In this document: positions 30,064 through 39,851 of the stretch, one piece after another
How the letters are laid out: each line of letters opens with the position of its first letter
How positions within the stretch are numbered: the first letter of the stretch is position 1
DNA from: a virus
Taxonomy: Duplodnaviria; Caudoviricetes
Length of the DNA stretch: 64,000 bases
Strand: one strand, 5' to 3'
Virus record (IMG/VR): IMGVR_UViG_3300007754_000852
Made by a program: the position numbers and the translations under genes
Notes under the pieces: model-generated
Told to the model about the DNA's origin: nothing
The model's database searches: none
The model's input: the letters and a program-made list of their open reading frames with translations, nothing else

Positions 30064-30546
30064 CTATATCGCATATAGAATTGCGCTTATCTGCTTTTTT
30101 ACTATTCTCAGCTTAGGAATGTTATACGTTATGTTTATGACTATCTTACTTAATCCTGGATCTATTCCGAATTTTTTCACACCTGTCATTCCAAAATTTG
30201 ACTCATATGTTTCTAGCTCAACAAATGGAAGAAATTTATTGACTGCGCTATTTATTCGCAACATTGCCTCTGCATCGAAGTCTATTTGAGATGACAACTC
30301 AGTGGTTAACTCTCTTAAATTTGCACCAAAGTCATATGCGCCTAACCTCTCACCGTAATTTGTAAGAATAAGGCTCTTTAGATTATCATGTATCTGACTC
30401 TCTAGATTGAAATGCATCTCAAACAATCCAGATCGACCCTCTCCTAGCCTAATGGGAGTCTTTAAACCTATGGGCTTTGAATCAGGAACATTATGAAACT
30501 TTCGTAATGTTGACTTATCACCTACACTTTTAAAGCTAATGGCCAT
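30064..30546 (-). CDS. Baseplate wedge/sheath initiator (T4 gp25-like)
   Basis: QIHDNLKSLILTNYGERL...DFGANL...INSAVNKFLPFV; directly upstream of the gp6-like gene. Confidence 0.85.
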   Translation of the reverse strand: MAISFKSVGDKSTLRKFHNVPDSKPIGLKTPIRLGEGRSGLFEMHFNLESQIHDNLKSLILTNYGERLGAYDFGANLRELTTELSSQIDFDAEAMLRINSAVNKFLPFVELETYESNFGMTGVKKFGIDPGLSKIVINITYNIPKLRIVKKQISAILYAI

Positions 30547-30650
30547 TTAAAATCACTCTCACTATTAAGTATACAAAAAGAGAAATGTCATCAATCATTT
30601 ATGATAGATAATTAATCAGCATCGTGATCAACTATAGGATAGATATAAAT

Positions 30651-31073
30651 CTACCACGTAGACAATGACGCTCTCTTCCATATTGCTTCACCTGATGCAG
30701 CATCATCAAAATCCTTAATACAGACATATACATATGATGTTGATATTGTGATCATTCCTTTCTCATCACCCTCGCCGCCTTGGGGTGTGCTGGGATTCCA
30801 TTTTCTATTTGATGACCCAGGCTGGTCATAAGGCCTGACCTGTAATCTATTTGTTCCATTGGGCCAGACACCTGACTCCTTAATATAGTCACTAATTCCA
30901 TCTGCTATGCTTTGTGATAGCGCGTCAAGTATGTCATCTTGTGTAGGTGAGTTGGTTAGAGTACCATCCTCACTTGCAGAGATAGTGCTCGCTAGATCAC
31001 TAGCATCTTTAAATGCTACCTTTATCGACTCTTTAATCGCATCTAATGATGTTGTCGTATTTCCAATTGACAC
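30651..31073 (-). CDS. Small hypothetical virion-associated protein
   Basis: 140 aa. C-terminal GMITISTSYVYVC...WKRASLSTW resembles tips seen on phage fibre proteins. Confidence 0.4.
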   Translation of the reverse strand: MSIGNTTTSLDAIKESIKVAFKDASDLASTISASEDGTLTNSPTQDDILDALSQSIADGISDYIKESGVWPNGTNRLQVRPYDQPGSSNRKWNPSTPQGGEGDEKGMITISTSYVYVCIKDFDDAASGEAIWKRASLSTW

Positions 31074-31078
31074 AGTTA

Positions 31079-32416
31079 TTATTCTCCCTTGATTATGCCT
31101 GAGAGAGAGCTACCCATATCAAGACTATTGAGCTGTTCTTGCAAGGTTGTCATTGCTATAGCTAGAATGGGATTTGGTCCGCCAAAACCCGGAGTAGTTC
31201 CTCCCGATGAAAGCATTGATGCCATTGTTGATATCATTGTGACCAGGCTATTAAATATAGATACCATGTCATTACCCTTTACGAATGGTTGCAACCCTGA
31301 TGATCCGTCTTTTCCAATTGCTATCTCGTTTCCACACTGTATTTGAACATTACCGCTGGCATCCATAACAATGCTAGATCCAGCCTTGTGGATTATTCGT
31401 ATATTTCCACTGCTGTCAGAGATAATTCTAGGATTTTCTGACTTTATAATAATATACGGACTGTCATCTACGCTGTCTACATTGGCACCTATTCCTGTAG
31501 GAGATGTTTCAAAATTTTCATCTCCGCTAGTTTTCATTGACACATAAATTCTGGAAAGATCATTGACAAAATCTGGATCACCTTCAAATATGCTATCATC
31601 TGTGGCATTTCCAGTTAGGGTGGGTGCCTTGTCAACCTCATCATATCCTCTTGTGTTGCTTACAGCGGCTGCCGGTGCTGTCGATGTCGTTGCACCTCTA
31701 CCTGCAACAATATCAATCGACCCTCTTTGTAAGTCACTGCTGGTATTAAAAGATCCTGCATTCCTATCTTCACCCAGAGATATCAATGTGTTATTTGAGC
31801 CTTGAACAGTTAGATCACCACATCTCTTGCTAAATCTTGGGACAGACTCACCAGAAAATTGAGAATTATATGATAATGACTTGCTAACAATGCTCTCATA
31901 TGGATCAGATCCTGGGAGCGTGTTATGCTCCGGGTTATCGTCTTGACCTTTGGGAAAATTAGCAGGATTAAATACCTGCCCACTTTCAGGTGACTCTGCA
32001 CCGTATTTTGACACTCTATCAAGATGTGTATAGTTTAAATCATCAACAGCAATGTCAGTGGCCTTTCTTGTCATCCAATATCCAAGTGATGACTCTCTTC
32101 CGTCAGGAAATAGAACCCACACCTGCTCTCCTGGTTTTACAGGTAAGCAAAAATGAGGTGAGAAAAAAGGATAGCAAATCATTGGTTGTGCATCATTTCC
32201 AATAATTCTAGCAACTATGCTATTTCTAGGCATCCTATTAATATAGTGCTTATTAGTTATCACCCCTGCGACGTCAACAATAGAATCTCTTTGCTCAACA
32301 GGGTTTGATATAAATTCAACAACTACACCTGTCATTAAAAACTGTCTGTCACCTTCTTGAGACCTAGATCTTTCACTTATTCCGCCGCTGACACTTAGTT
32401 GGTCAAGTAATCCCAC
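31079..32416 (-). CDS. Baseplate hub/spike protein (gp5/VgrG OB-fold-like)
   Basis: GTG start. CYPFFSPHFCLPVKPGEQVWVLF...GYWM OB-fold, DLTVQGSNNTLISLG, beta-helical GSSIVMDASGNVQI; upstream of the gp25-like gene. Confidence 0.7.
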   Translation of the reverse strand: MGLLDQLSVSGGISERSRSQEGDRQFLMTGVVVEFISNPVEQRDSIVDVAGVITNKHYINRMPRNSIVARIIGNDAQPMICYPFFSPHFCLPVKPGEQVWVLFPDGRESSLGYWMTRKATDIAVDDLNYTHLDRVSKYGAESPESGQVFNPANFPKGQDDNPEHNTLPGSDPYESIVSKSLSYNSQFSGESVPRFSKRCGDLTVQGSNNTLISLGEDRNAGSFNTSSDLQRGSIDIVAGRGATTSTAPAAAVSNTRGYDEVDKAPTLTGNATDDSIFEGDPDFVNDLSRIYVSMKTSGDENFETSPTGIGANVDSVDDSPYIIIKSENPRIISDSSGNIRIIHKAGSSIVMDASGNVQIQCGNEIAIGKDGSSGLQPFVKGNDMVSIFNSLVTMISTMASMLSSGGTTPGFGGPNPILAIAMTTLQEQLNSLDMGSSLSGIIKGE

Positions 32417-32421
32417 TGTAG

Positions 32422-32781
32422 TTATCCATTTATCTTGTCAAAAATTGAATTTACATCAACAGCTTTATCATCTTCCTTTCCAATCATCTCAGCAAGCTTT
32501 AGTATTTGATCATTGCTCTTACACATTCTCTCAAGATACTTTGATAAAATAGGGCCAAAGACAGCATGTTGTGCAGCGTTTCCCTTTGCCTCTATTAAGA
32601 GATCTGTAAATAAGATTCTTGCATTTTCTCTATCGCTAAGAGCGTTTTCATATATCTCTTTCCATAGATATTTTTTCTTATCTTCTGTCGTCTCAAGAGA
32701 GTCAAGTAGATCACAAAATCTACTTATCTTAGCCTCTTTTTCATTAGCCTTTTCAAGCATTTCATCTATTGATTTTGTCAT
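32422..32781 (-). CDS. Hypothetical helical protein
   Basis: 119 aa, ATG after GGAG, fills the gap in the operon. Confidence 0.55.
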   Translation of the reverse strand: MTKSIDEMLEKANEKEAKISRFCDLLDSLETTEDKKKYLWKEIYENALSDRENARILFTDLLIEAKGNAAQHAVFGPILSKYLERMCKSNDQILKLAEMIGKEDDKAVDVNSIFDKING

Positions 32782-32790
32782 ATCTATCTC

Positions 32791-33534
32791 CTAAAAAATA
32801 TCATAATCTCCTGATTTAACTAGGCTCTTATAGTGCTTTCTGATGACTGACATTGCAACAGATAATTGTTTTGGATTCAGGCTGGACAAATCTCTCATAT
32901 AGACAAATACTGCCCTTTTGTTTAAGAAATCTAGATCTTCTATCTTTCTAAAAAGAGTTATTATTGCATCCATACACGCTATCTCATTTTCACCCGTTAT
33001 TGTCTCTCTTATCTCAGACATTAGGTCAAATAAATTATCCATTGACTCTTTCTTAAAGATCTCTTCATCTTGAGACGGAGCTGTCTGATGGAGCTCAATC
33101 GCGCTTAAGTCTGAACTTGATAGTGATGTTGAGTCATCTATACTAACATGTCTTCTATTTTGTTTTGTCTTCTTTTTGCTTTGAATGATTAGCCAGTTTT
33201 TTGCAACAACATTAAAATATGAGAATGCCTTTGTCCCTCTTGTGTGATCAAACTTCTCTAGAGTTTCATATAAAAATGTAACACAGTCACTCTTTAGATC
33301 TTCAAACGATCCGTGAGGTTTTGCAAATCCGTGTATGAATATTAAATTTTCAGCAAGCTTGTCAAACGCAGGAAGAATTTCATCGATATAGATCTGAGCC
33401 TTTTCACTTTGATCATTTGAGTTCTGAAAGTTTATTATTGCATTATGTGTTCCGGAATGGAAGTACAGCTTAACTGACGGTCTTTTTGAACCCTTTCCTC
33501 TCTTTCTTCTTTTTGCCCCCTTTTTCTGACTCAT
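32791..33534 (-). CDS. Phage RNA polymerase sigma factor (late/gp55-like)
   Basis: Region 2-like FEDLKSDCVTFLYETLEKFDHTRGTKAFSYFNVVAKNWLI. Confidence 0.75.
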   Translation of the reverse strand: MSQKKGAKRRKRGKGSKRPSVKLYFHSGTHNAIINFQNSNDQSEKAQIYIDEILPAFDKLAENLIFIHGFAKPHGSFEDLKSDCVTFLYETLEKFDHTRGTKAFSYFNVVAKNWLIIQSKKKTKQNRRHVSIDDSTSLSSSDLSAIELHQTAPSQDEEIFKKESMDNLFDLMSEIRETITGENEIACMDAIITLFRKIEDLDFLNKRAVFVYMRDLSSLNPKQLSVAMSVIRKHYKSLVKSGDYDIF

Positions 33535-33535
33535 T

Positions 33536-33823
33536 CTACTTCTCTACTGACCGATCTATAACTGTCATGTTTCTTGCAACGTTTAAAATAGAGTCTCTGC
33601 ATAAATCAATATCCGTAATTACCTGTCTTATCTCAACAGAATCAAAAAAAATCGGCTTCTCTGCCACTTTACTCATAGTCTTATATCTTTCATCAAGCTC
33701 ATCAAGAGAAGATTCAATTGCATCTTGTAATTCTAAAAGAATCATTCCATGCTTATAGTTGTAGCCAATAGAGATGACTAATAAAAATAGAAGACATACA
33801 TTAGTAACTATTAAATAGATCAC
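33536..33823 (-). CDS. Small membrane-anchored coiled-coil protein
   Basis: 95 aa, hydrophobic N-terminus LIVTNVCLLFLLVISIGY followed by a heptad-like LLELQDAIESSLDELDERY. Confidence 0.5.
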   Translation of the reverse strand: MIYLIVTNVCLLFLLVISIGYNYKHGMILLELQDAIESSLDELDERYKTMSKVAEKPIFFDSVEIRQVITDIDLCRDSILNVARNMTVIDRSVEK

Positions 33824-34998
33824 ACAGTCTCCACGTGATCATGATAAAATTTATTATACTTTCCAATAACAGCCAAAAGTGAAAATTCTGATTGTATTTG
33901 TTTTGATAGGTCTATTGCCCACTGTTTTGGTAAGCTGTACTTGTCTCTTAGCTTCTTTATCTTCTTTTTGAAGTCACCTTCTGAAGGATCTGCCCACTTC
34001 ATTCCAGCCATAAAGATTCTATTATCAATTCTATTTTTTGGAATTTCAATAAGATCGTATTTTATTGGAATAAACTTTCCCATACCAAGAAAGTCAAGAT
34101 GTCCAGACCAGTTTGTTGCGATAACCGGTAGACCTGCTGCTGCCGCCTCTAGAAGAGGGAGGCCAAATCCCTCTCCCCTTGTCAGACTAATTAGCCCTTT
34201 TACATCTGCTCTTTTATACAGGCCGGCTATCTCGTCTGGTGATAAATTTCCGTGAATCACATGAATTCGTGGAAACCTATCTTTTCTAACCTCTGATAAC
34301 AGCTTTTTAATTGTATTTTTTGTTAGCTGTCTGTCTATCGCTGTTCCTCTTCCATGATTAACTTTTATTATTAGCCCTACATCAGGATCATCTTTGAATG
34401 TCTCACAGAACCACTTGATCGTGAAGAATATATTTTTTCTATCATTCCACGGATCGTCACCAGTAAATTGACCAATTAATAAAAAATTAAAACTAGTATC
34501 AACGCTATCTAGCTTAGTTTCTTTAATGCTGTCATCATCAATTGATTCAATGTAGCTTTCAGGAATTACATGAATTGGTGTCGAAACAGATCCTGTATTT
34601 TCAATTGTCTTCTTTATGTGGCTTGTTGGAATAATTACATGATCCATTAGCTCCATTCTTTCAAGCCATGCCTTGTTACAGACATCAGTTTCAACAACTG
34701 CTGACACCCCTATGTTTATCTTGGCCTTTGAAGGATCCCACTCATCTGGTAGCTGTACTTGAACTGAGATATCATATTTTTCACCATCTACTTCGGCATT
34801 TGTCCTTTTCATTATTCTTTCTACTAGGCCGTTTTCAAAGTCTGGATTTATCATCCAGCTTGTATTTCCCCACTGAAGAACTTGAACAGTTACATCAAAG
34901 TCGTCTCTAGACTCTAGCCATTTAAATATTTGTCTTGAGTGAACGCCGTATCCGCTTATTGATAAAACAGGCGCCCGTAAAAGTACTTTCTTTTTCAA
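33820..34998 (-). CDS. GT-B (GT4-like) glycosyltransferase
   Basis: TTG start. SISGYGVHSR, RKNI, TRGEGFGLPLLEAAAAGLPVIATNWSGHLDF. Confidence 0.88.
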   Translation of the reverse strand: MKKKVLLRAPVLSISGYGVHSRQIFKWLESRDDFDVTVQVLQWGNTSWMINPDFENGLVERIMKRTNAEVDGEKYDISVQVQLPDEWDPSKAKINIGVSAVVETDVCNKAWLERMELMDHVIIPTSHIKKTIENTGSVSTPIHVIPESYIESIDDDSIKETKLDSVDTSFNFLLIGQFTGDDPWNDRKNIFFTIKWFCETFKDDPDVGLIIKVNHGRGTAIDRQLTKNTIKKLLSEVRKDRFPRIHVIHGNLSPDEIAGLYKRADVKGLISLTRGEGFGLPLLEAAAAGLPVIATNWSGHLDFLGMGKFIPIKYDLIEIPKNRIDNRIFMAGMKWADPSEGDFKKKIKKLRDKYSLPKQWAIDLSKQIQSEFSLLAVIGKYNKFYHDHVETV

Positions 34999-35013
34999 CT
35001 TAAAAACCTCTAG

Positions 35014-36261
35014 TTAGAATGACATGCATTCCCATCTTTTATAGTTTTTCTTCCAGCTTTCACTGGTTTCAATCATTGTATCATGCCAATCATCGATTGT
35101 CTTCTGGTGATCAAACTGACTAAGTGCGTATTTTCTCACCTTGTCTTTTAGCTTGACTCTATCATCATCATCTAGCTCGTATATCTTCATTATTCCATCT
35201 GCCACAGTCTGACATGATGTATAGTCTTCAAAAATATATGGTACTTGTTGTGAACCTACAAGCGTTTGATTCTCAACATCAAGAGCAACGCCATTGTGAG
35301 ATCCATCTCTATGATCTACGACCTGTCTAGTGAGACCGCCCGTCTTTACAGCAATCATCGGCGTTCCTGCTTGCATGGCTTCTAATGTTGGTAAACCGAA
35401 GCCTTCAGCGTAACTAATGTTTAGACAAAAGTCAGAAATATTATATAAAACATTCATTTTTTCAAATTCAAGCCTCTCTCGAGAGTAGAATACAGTATCT
35501 TGAATTCCTAACATCTCAGCTGTTGCAAACAGGTTTGGTCCTTCCTGATCTAGAGGTTCTGTGTGCATGATAAGGGTTGCATTCTTATGACCGTGCTTTT
35601 TCTCTAAGTCATCAAGAAAGTGCTTCCAAGACAATAATACGTCATTTGGTCTCTTTCTTTTTGCATTTCTATTTACCCAGATACCAATAAAATGATCCTT
35701 TCTTTCAGACCCTAAAATTGACCCTCTAAACTCTCTAAGTTTACCCTTATCAAGGGGATAAAACATCTCAGGCGGTACTGAATGGGGTATGAAGTTTGTC
35801 TTTTCTGGAAACCTCTCTGCAACCATCTCGTATGTCATGTGAGAGTGACAATTAATTAGATCAATCGACTTATATATCGACTCATTAAATTGTGGCCAGG
35901 GGTGATTATCCCAGACATGCCACCAGACTATGGGGCATATTTGGTGGATCTCATCTTCCATCTCAAACAACCAGATAAAAAATCTTGGATCAGTAAAGAT
36001 AAAAAGAATGTCAGGTTTCTCTGTTGCAAGAGTCAATCTAATGAGTGCGGGGTCGCCGAATCCGTCAATTGGTTTTATGATAAAGTCATCATTAACAACA
36101 ACGGTATTATAGTCTGTGTGTTTTAGAGCTGCACCAAACTGCCTAAATGACCACTCACCTTTCTTTATAAGCCCATTTATTAAATGTCTTGTCTGTGTTC
36201 CAACACCTGATGTTGAAAGAGCATGATCAGATAACACAAGTACTTTCTTCTTACGCGACAT
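35014..36261 (-). CDS. GT-B (GT4-like) glycosyltransferase
   Basis: STSGVGTQ, VNRNAKRKR, SYAEGFGLPTLEAMQAGTPMI. Confidence 0.88.
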   Translation of the reverse strand: MSRKKKVLVLSDHALSTSGVGTQTRHLINGLIKKGEWSFRQFGAALKHTDYNTVVVNDDFIIKPIDGFGDPALIRLTLATEKPDILFIFTDPRFFIWLFEMEDEIHQICPIVWWHVWDNHPWPQFNESIYKSIDLINCHSHMTYEMVAERFPEKTNFIPHSVPPEMFYPLDKGKLREFRGSILGSERKDHFIGIWVNRNAKRKRPNDVLLSWKHFLDDLEKKHGHKNATLIMHTEPLDQEGPNLFATAEMLGIQDTVFYSRERLEFEKMNVLYNISDFCLNISYAEGFGLPTLEAMQAGTPMIAVKTGGLTRQVVDHRDGSHNGVALDVENQTLVGSQQVPYIFEDYTSCQTVADGIMKIYELDDDDRVKLKDKVRKYALSQFDHQKTIDDWHDTMIETSESWKKNYKRWECMSF

Positions 36262-36276
36262 AACATCTCCACAGAA

Positions 36277-36304
36277 ATATTACAATATACAATCGTTCAG
36301 TAAA
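36277..36304 (-). promoter_or_regulatory. Candidate promoter TTTACT-N16-TAATAT
   Basis: Same TTTACT hexamer as at 8448-8453, in a 43-bp gap followed by SD GGAG. Confidence 0.3.
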
Positions 36305-37141
36305 TCACGTGCAATATTTTGTATCTTTAAACGGACAATAATTGCATGAATTTCTATTTTTAAGAAACATGCCTCTCTTTACAGAAGAGATCATATTATT
36401 CATGATCTTGAGAGATTTTTCTAGTGCCTTAGGTCCCACAGATACTGTTACCAGCTCACAGATACGTCCTGGTTTACCCCCGCGCTTTAATAGTATAAAA
36501 CCACATCTGATGTCCTTCAGTGGCACAGAATGCTTTCTAGACCAAAAGTGCTTGTATAAAATTAGCTGTGACGTCATGAGTATGTCCTGTTTCTTCTGTC
36601 GTCTCCAGCCATACGACCCTGCCGTCTTCCAGTCAAGAATCCAGTAGTTATGACCTTCACCTCTCTTCTTTGGAACCTTTAAAATAGCATCGATAAAGCC
36701 TTTAAACTTTACAGGTTTACCGTCGATATCTTCATATAGCTGTTCCTCTGCCTTTACGATCTCCCAGTCAGGAAATGTCTCATCTAAAAATGAAGGAACA
36801 TCATTCCACATATTTGATGCCCACTCACACCAGGTGTCAACACCCACGTTTGAGCTCTTCTTATACCAGTCAGGCTGTCTAGCTACCCACTCAGGATCAT
36901 CAAATCCATTTTTATCCCACGCTTCTCTAATTCCGCTCAAGATCTGAGACTTATCAACTGTCTTTGTCTCAAGAAGAGACTCACATCCTTCGTGAACAGC
37001 TGTTCCAAAGTCAAGAAAAGGTGAAGGTTCAAACATGTCAACCTTGTCAATCTTAGCCAGCTTATGTCTCCAGGAGCACTCTGCCCACTCTTTTATCTCT
37101 GAAAATGATATATGATTCTTACCGGTTGGAAAATTACTCAT
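36305..37141 (-). CDS. PD-(D/E)XK exonuclease, Cas4/AddB-like with 1+3 cysteines
   Basis: ISFSEIKEWAECSW, FGTAVHE, AEEQL...FKGFIDAI...ILDWKT, QLILY, C-terminal CNYCPFKDTKYC. Confidence 0.8.
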   Translation of the reverse strand: MSNFPTGKNHISFSEIKEWAECSWRHKLAKIDKVDMFEPSPFLDFGTAVHEGCESLLETKTVDKSQILSGIREAWDKNGFDDPEWVARQPDWYKKSSNVGVDTWCEWASNMWNDVPSFLDETFPDWEIVKAEEQLYEDIDGKPVKFKGFIDAILKVPKKRGEGHNYWILDWKTAGSYGWRRQKKQDILMTSQLILYKHFWSRKHSVPLKDIRCGFILLKRGGKPGRICELVTVSVGPKALEKSLKIMNNMISSVKRGMFLKNRNSCNYCPFKDTKYCT

Positions 37142-37163
37142 AATATCATCTTAACACATTTAA

Positions 37164-38030
37164 TTAAGATTTATCAGAAACAGCACCGTCAATTTCAGCC
37201 CAGTCATGTACATCTCGAACCTCTAAGTTCTTTTTCCATGCTGCTTCTAGGACTGTGGGATCAACTCCCTCATCTTTCATCTTATAAATCATTGCATTGA
37301 GGTCCTTGACGAAACATTTGCCTCCCCATCCACGAAATCCATCATGTCCCGGCACATCAATATGAGAGTTACCAATCCTGCCATCAGCTATAAATCCACA
37401 AATAGCGTCATTCCAGTTTACATTAATTGTCTCAGCAAGCTGTAACATCTCATTCATGTAAGATAGCTTAACAGCAAAAAAACAATTTGCCATGTACTTT
37501 ATAAACTGGGCTGTTCCTACATCTGTTTTAATAATTGGTGTATAGGGAAATCTTTCTCTAAATAAGGATTCCACGTCATTACTAATTTCCTCTTCATTTG
37601 CTCCTATGATTATCCTTGCTGTGTTGATGAAATCAAGCCTTGCTGCCCTTTCTGTTAAAAACTCCGGATTAAACGCAATTCTCATGTTTGGATATCGTGA
37701 TATGTATCTCTCTGTTGTTCCTGGAGTTACAGTAGATTTTATGACAAAGGTTACATTCTCATAAGAAAAATCATCATCTTTTGGAACTGATGAAATTTCC
37801 TCAAAAACACTATCTACAATAGATAGATCAATTTTTCCACCGAGGACGTCTGTCATTGGCGTTGGAACACAGATAAAAATCACATCTGAACCGTTTACTG
37901 TATCTTTTAGTGTATGTGTAGACCTTCTGTCATCTTTGTCATATATTAAAATATCATCGACATGCAATAAAAATCCAGACACTATTGCTGATCCAACAAA
38001 TCCATTTCCTATTATTCCAATAGTTGACAT
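37164..38030 (-). CDS. ugd: UDP-glucose/GDP-mannose 6-dehydrogenase family protein, short form
   Basis: IGIIGNGFVG, FICVPTP, IKSTVTPGTT, FNPEFL, KYMANCFFAVK, catalytic GGKCFVKD. Confidence 0.82.
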   Translation of the reverse strand: MSTIGIIGNGFVGSAIVSGFLLHVDDILIYDKDDRRSTHTLKDTVNGSDVIFICVPTPMTDVLGGKIDLSIVDSVFEEISSVPKDDDFSYENVTFVIKSTVTPGTTERYISRYPNMRIAFNPEFLTERAARLDFINTARIIIGANEEEISNDVESLFRERFPYTPIIKTDVGTAQFIKYMANCFFAVKLSYMNEMLQLAETINVNWNDAICGFIADGRIGNSHIDVPGHDGFRGWGGKCFVKDLNAMIYKMKDEGVDPTVLEAAWKKNLEVRDVHDWAEIDGAVSDKS

Positions 38031-38032
38031 AT

Positions 38033-38326
38033 CTATTTCCAGTCCTTTGTATTCATATTCTTATCATCAATAAAGAGATCATACACAGGCTTTCCAAACT
38101 TTAAATCATGATATCTTGCATTCCATCTTGAAAGCTGTAATACAGTAACATCTGTCCAGTCAATTCCAGTTCCTGATCCTCTTGCTGTCCAGTATACCAC
38201 AGTATGACCATCATCAAATAACTTATTTGCCTTTTCAATGTTATCACGTATCGGCTCTGCCATTGAGTAATCTCGACTTTCAGGAGTTGTGCATATTGTT
38301 TCATCAATATCAATATAGACTATCAT
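38033..38326 (-). CDS. Small HAD-family phosphatase (97 aa)
   Basis: Likely start is ATG 38326 (ATGA overlap with the neuB stop). YIDIDETIC, YWTARG, GKP...FIDDK. Confidence 0.8.
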   Translation of the reverse strand: MIVYIDIDETICTTPESRDYSMAEPIRDNIEKANKLFDDGHTVVYWTARGSGTGIDWTDVTVLQLSRWNARYHDLKFGKPVYDLFIDDKNMNTKDWK

Positions 38327-39159
38327 TTTCTTAATGTCTTCATCTTTTTTAACTCTGACTCTGACGGACATCTTGGGCCCATAGTTCCCATTGCTACTTC
38401 GATATCTCTTATTCCCTTTACTAGCTTTATCAAACCTGAGGGTTCGACAGATGAACTTTGATCTGACCCCCACATATTTCTATTTAATGTAACGTGCCTT
38501 TCGATCCACGTTGCGCCTAAGCCTATTGTTGCATGAGTTGTAACTAGACCATATTCATGACCACTATACCCAATTTCACGTCTGAGATATGTTTCTTTTA
38601 ACCGCTTAATGTATAACAAGTTTAATTCTTCAACTGGGCATGGATATGTTGAATTTGTATGAAATATTAGGTTTGGATCACATGCAACAACAGCGTTTTC
38701 AATTTCTTTTTCTGTGCTCATTCCCGTAGAGATCATTAAATAGTCACAGTTATCTCTTGCATATTTGCAGAGATCTAAGTCAGTTATTAGTGCTGAGGGT
38801 ATTTTCATAGTTACACCCTTTGACGTATTATACTTTTTCATAAAGTCAACTGAGTCATTATCCCACACACTTGCAAACCATTGAATCCTTTTTTGTTCAC
38901 AGTATTTGTCAATCTCATCGTATTCATCTTCACTAAACTCTATCTTCCACTTATAGTCAAGATAAGTCATGTCTCCCCAAGGTGTAGATCTCATTACACC
39001 CTTTTGTTTATCTGGAACACAAACATCAGGATTTCTTTTCTGAAATTTGACAAAATCACACCCAGCAACAGATGATAAGTCTATTAGTTTTTTTGCAAGA
39101 TCTATATCACCATTATGATTAATTCCTATCTCTGCAATTATGTTCACTTTATTTATCAT
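38323..39159 (-). CDS. neuB: NeuB-family nonulosonate synthase, short form without the C-terminal AFP/SAF domain (278 aa)
   Basis: Likely start is ATG 39159 after AGGTGA. IAEIGINHNGD, VKFQKR, HTNSTYP, GYSGHE, WIERHVT. Confidence 0.92.
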   Translation of the reverse strand: MINKVNIIAEIGINHNGDIDLAKKLIDLSSVAGCDFVKFQKRNPDVCVPDKQKGVMRSTPWGDMTYLDYKWKIEFSEDEYDEIDKYCEQKRIQWFASVWDNDSVDFMKKYNTSKGVTMKIPSALITDLDLCKYARDNCDYLMISTGMSTEKEIENAVVACDPNLIFHTNSTYPCPVEELNLLYIKRLKETYLRREIGYSGHEYGLVTTHATIGLGATWIERHVTLNRNMWGSDQSSSVEPSGLIKLVKGIRDIEVAMGTMGPRCPSESELKKMKTLRK

Positions 39160-39164
39160 TTCAC

Positions 39165-39851
39165 CTACCACGCTGTCCAGCCGCCGTCTACTGGAATAAC
39201 AGAACCATTGATATACTTTCCTTCCGGAGTACATAGCAATCTAACCAAGCCGCAAACATCACGTGCTGATGCCATTCTCGACATCGGTGTGTGCTCACAA
39301 TATCTTTCTCTAAACTCTGGATCCATGTACTCATTGTCAACTCCTCCAGGACAAACTGCATTTGCTGTAACCCTGGGGGAGAAGTGCGTTGCGATATATC
39401 TTGTCAATCCGATAACAGCATGTTTTGATGTAACGTATCCAACATGTTTTACTGTAGCTGGATATATTGACTTTTTTGGAGACCTTATTCCGTATAGTGA
39501 GCTAAAATTAACGATGCTAATTTCACCAGAATTTTCCTTAATAAACTCCCTGCACACAGAAAACAATGATGATACATTCACGTTGTGAAATTCATCAAGG
39601 TCAGACTTTTTAATCTCTAAAAAATCAGTGACAGATTCAGAACTTTTATCCATATGGTGATTTAACCCAAAAAGATTGATTAGTGATGTAGCGTGGTTTT
39701 TTCTGAAAAAGAGTCTAACTTGATCTTCATCTGACAGGTCTACACCTGTTGATAAATCAGCTTCAATTACATTGAAATCACACTCTCTCATATAGTCACA
39801 GACAACACTTCCTATTAGTCCAGACGATCCTGTTATTATTACTGATTGCAT
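39165..39851 (-). CDS. SDR oxidoreductase (PtmA/ElaC-like)
   Basis: ITGSSGLIG, VNFSSLYG, YVTSK (YxxxK), ANAVCPGGV, YINGSVIPVDGGWTAW. Confidence 0.85.
   Translation of the reverse strand: MQSVIITGSSGLIGSVVCDYMRECDFNVIEADLSTGVDLSDEDQVRLFFRKNHATSLINLFGLNHHMDKSSESVTDFLEIKKSDLDEFHNVNVSSLFSVCREFIKENSGEISIVNFSSLYGIRSPKKSIYPATVKHVGYVTSKHAVIGLTRYIATHFSPRVTANAVCPGGVDNEYMDPEFRERYCEHTPMSRMASARDVCGLVRLLCTPEGKYINGSVIPVDGGWTAW

Noticed and set aside
30547-30650. tRNA, ncRNA or terminator in the largest intergenic gap
   Set aside because: No cloverleaf or GC stem with a U-tract; only a short AT palindrome (atcat-tt-atgat) and TACTTA/TAATTA words too weak to call.
28198-32416. Bacterial T6SS, eCIS or tailocin locus
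   Set aside because: Primase, resolvase, Mre11-Rad50, a phage-type sigma factor and a fibre gene lie on the same strand, which fits a phage genome.
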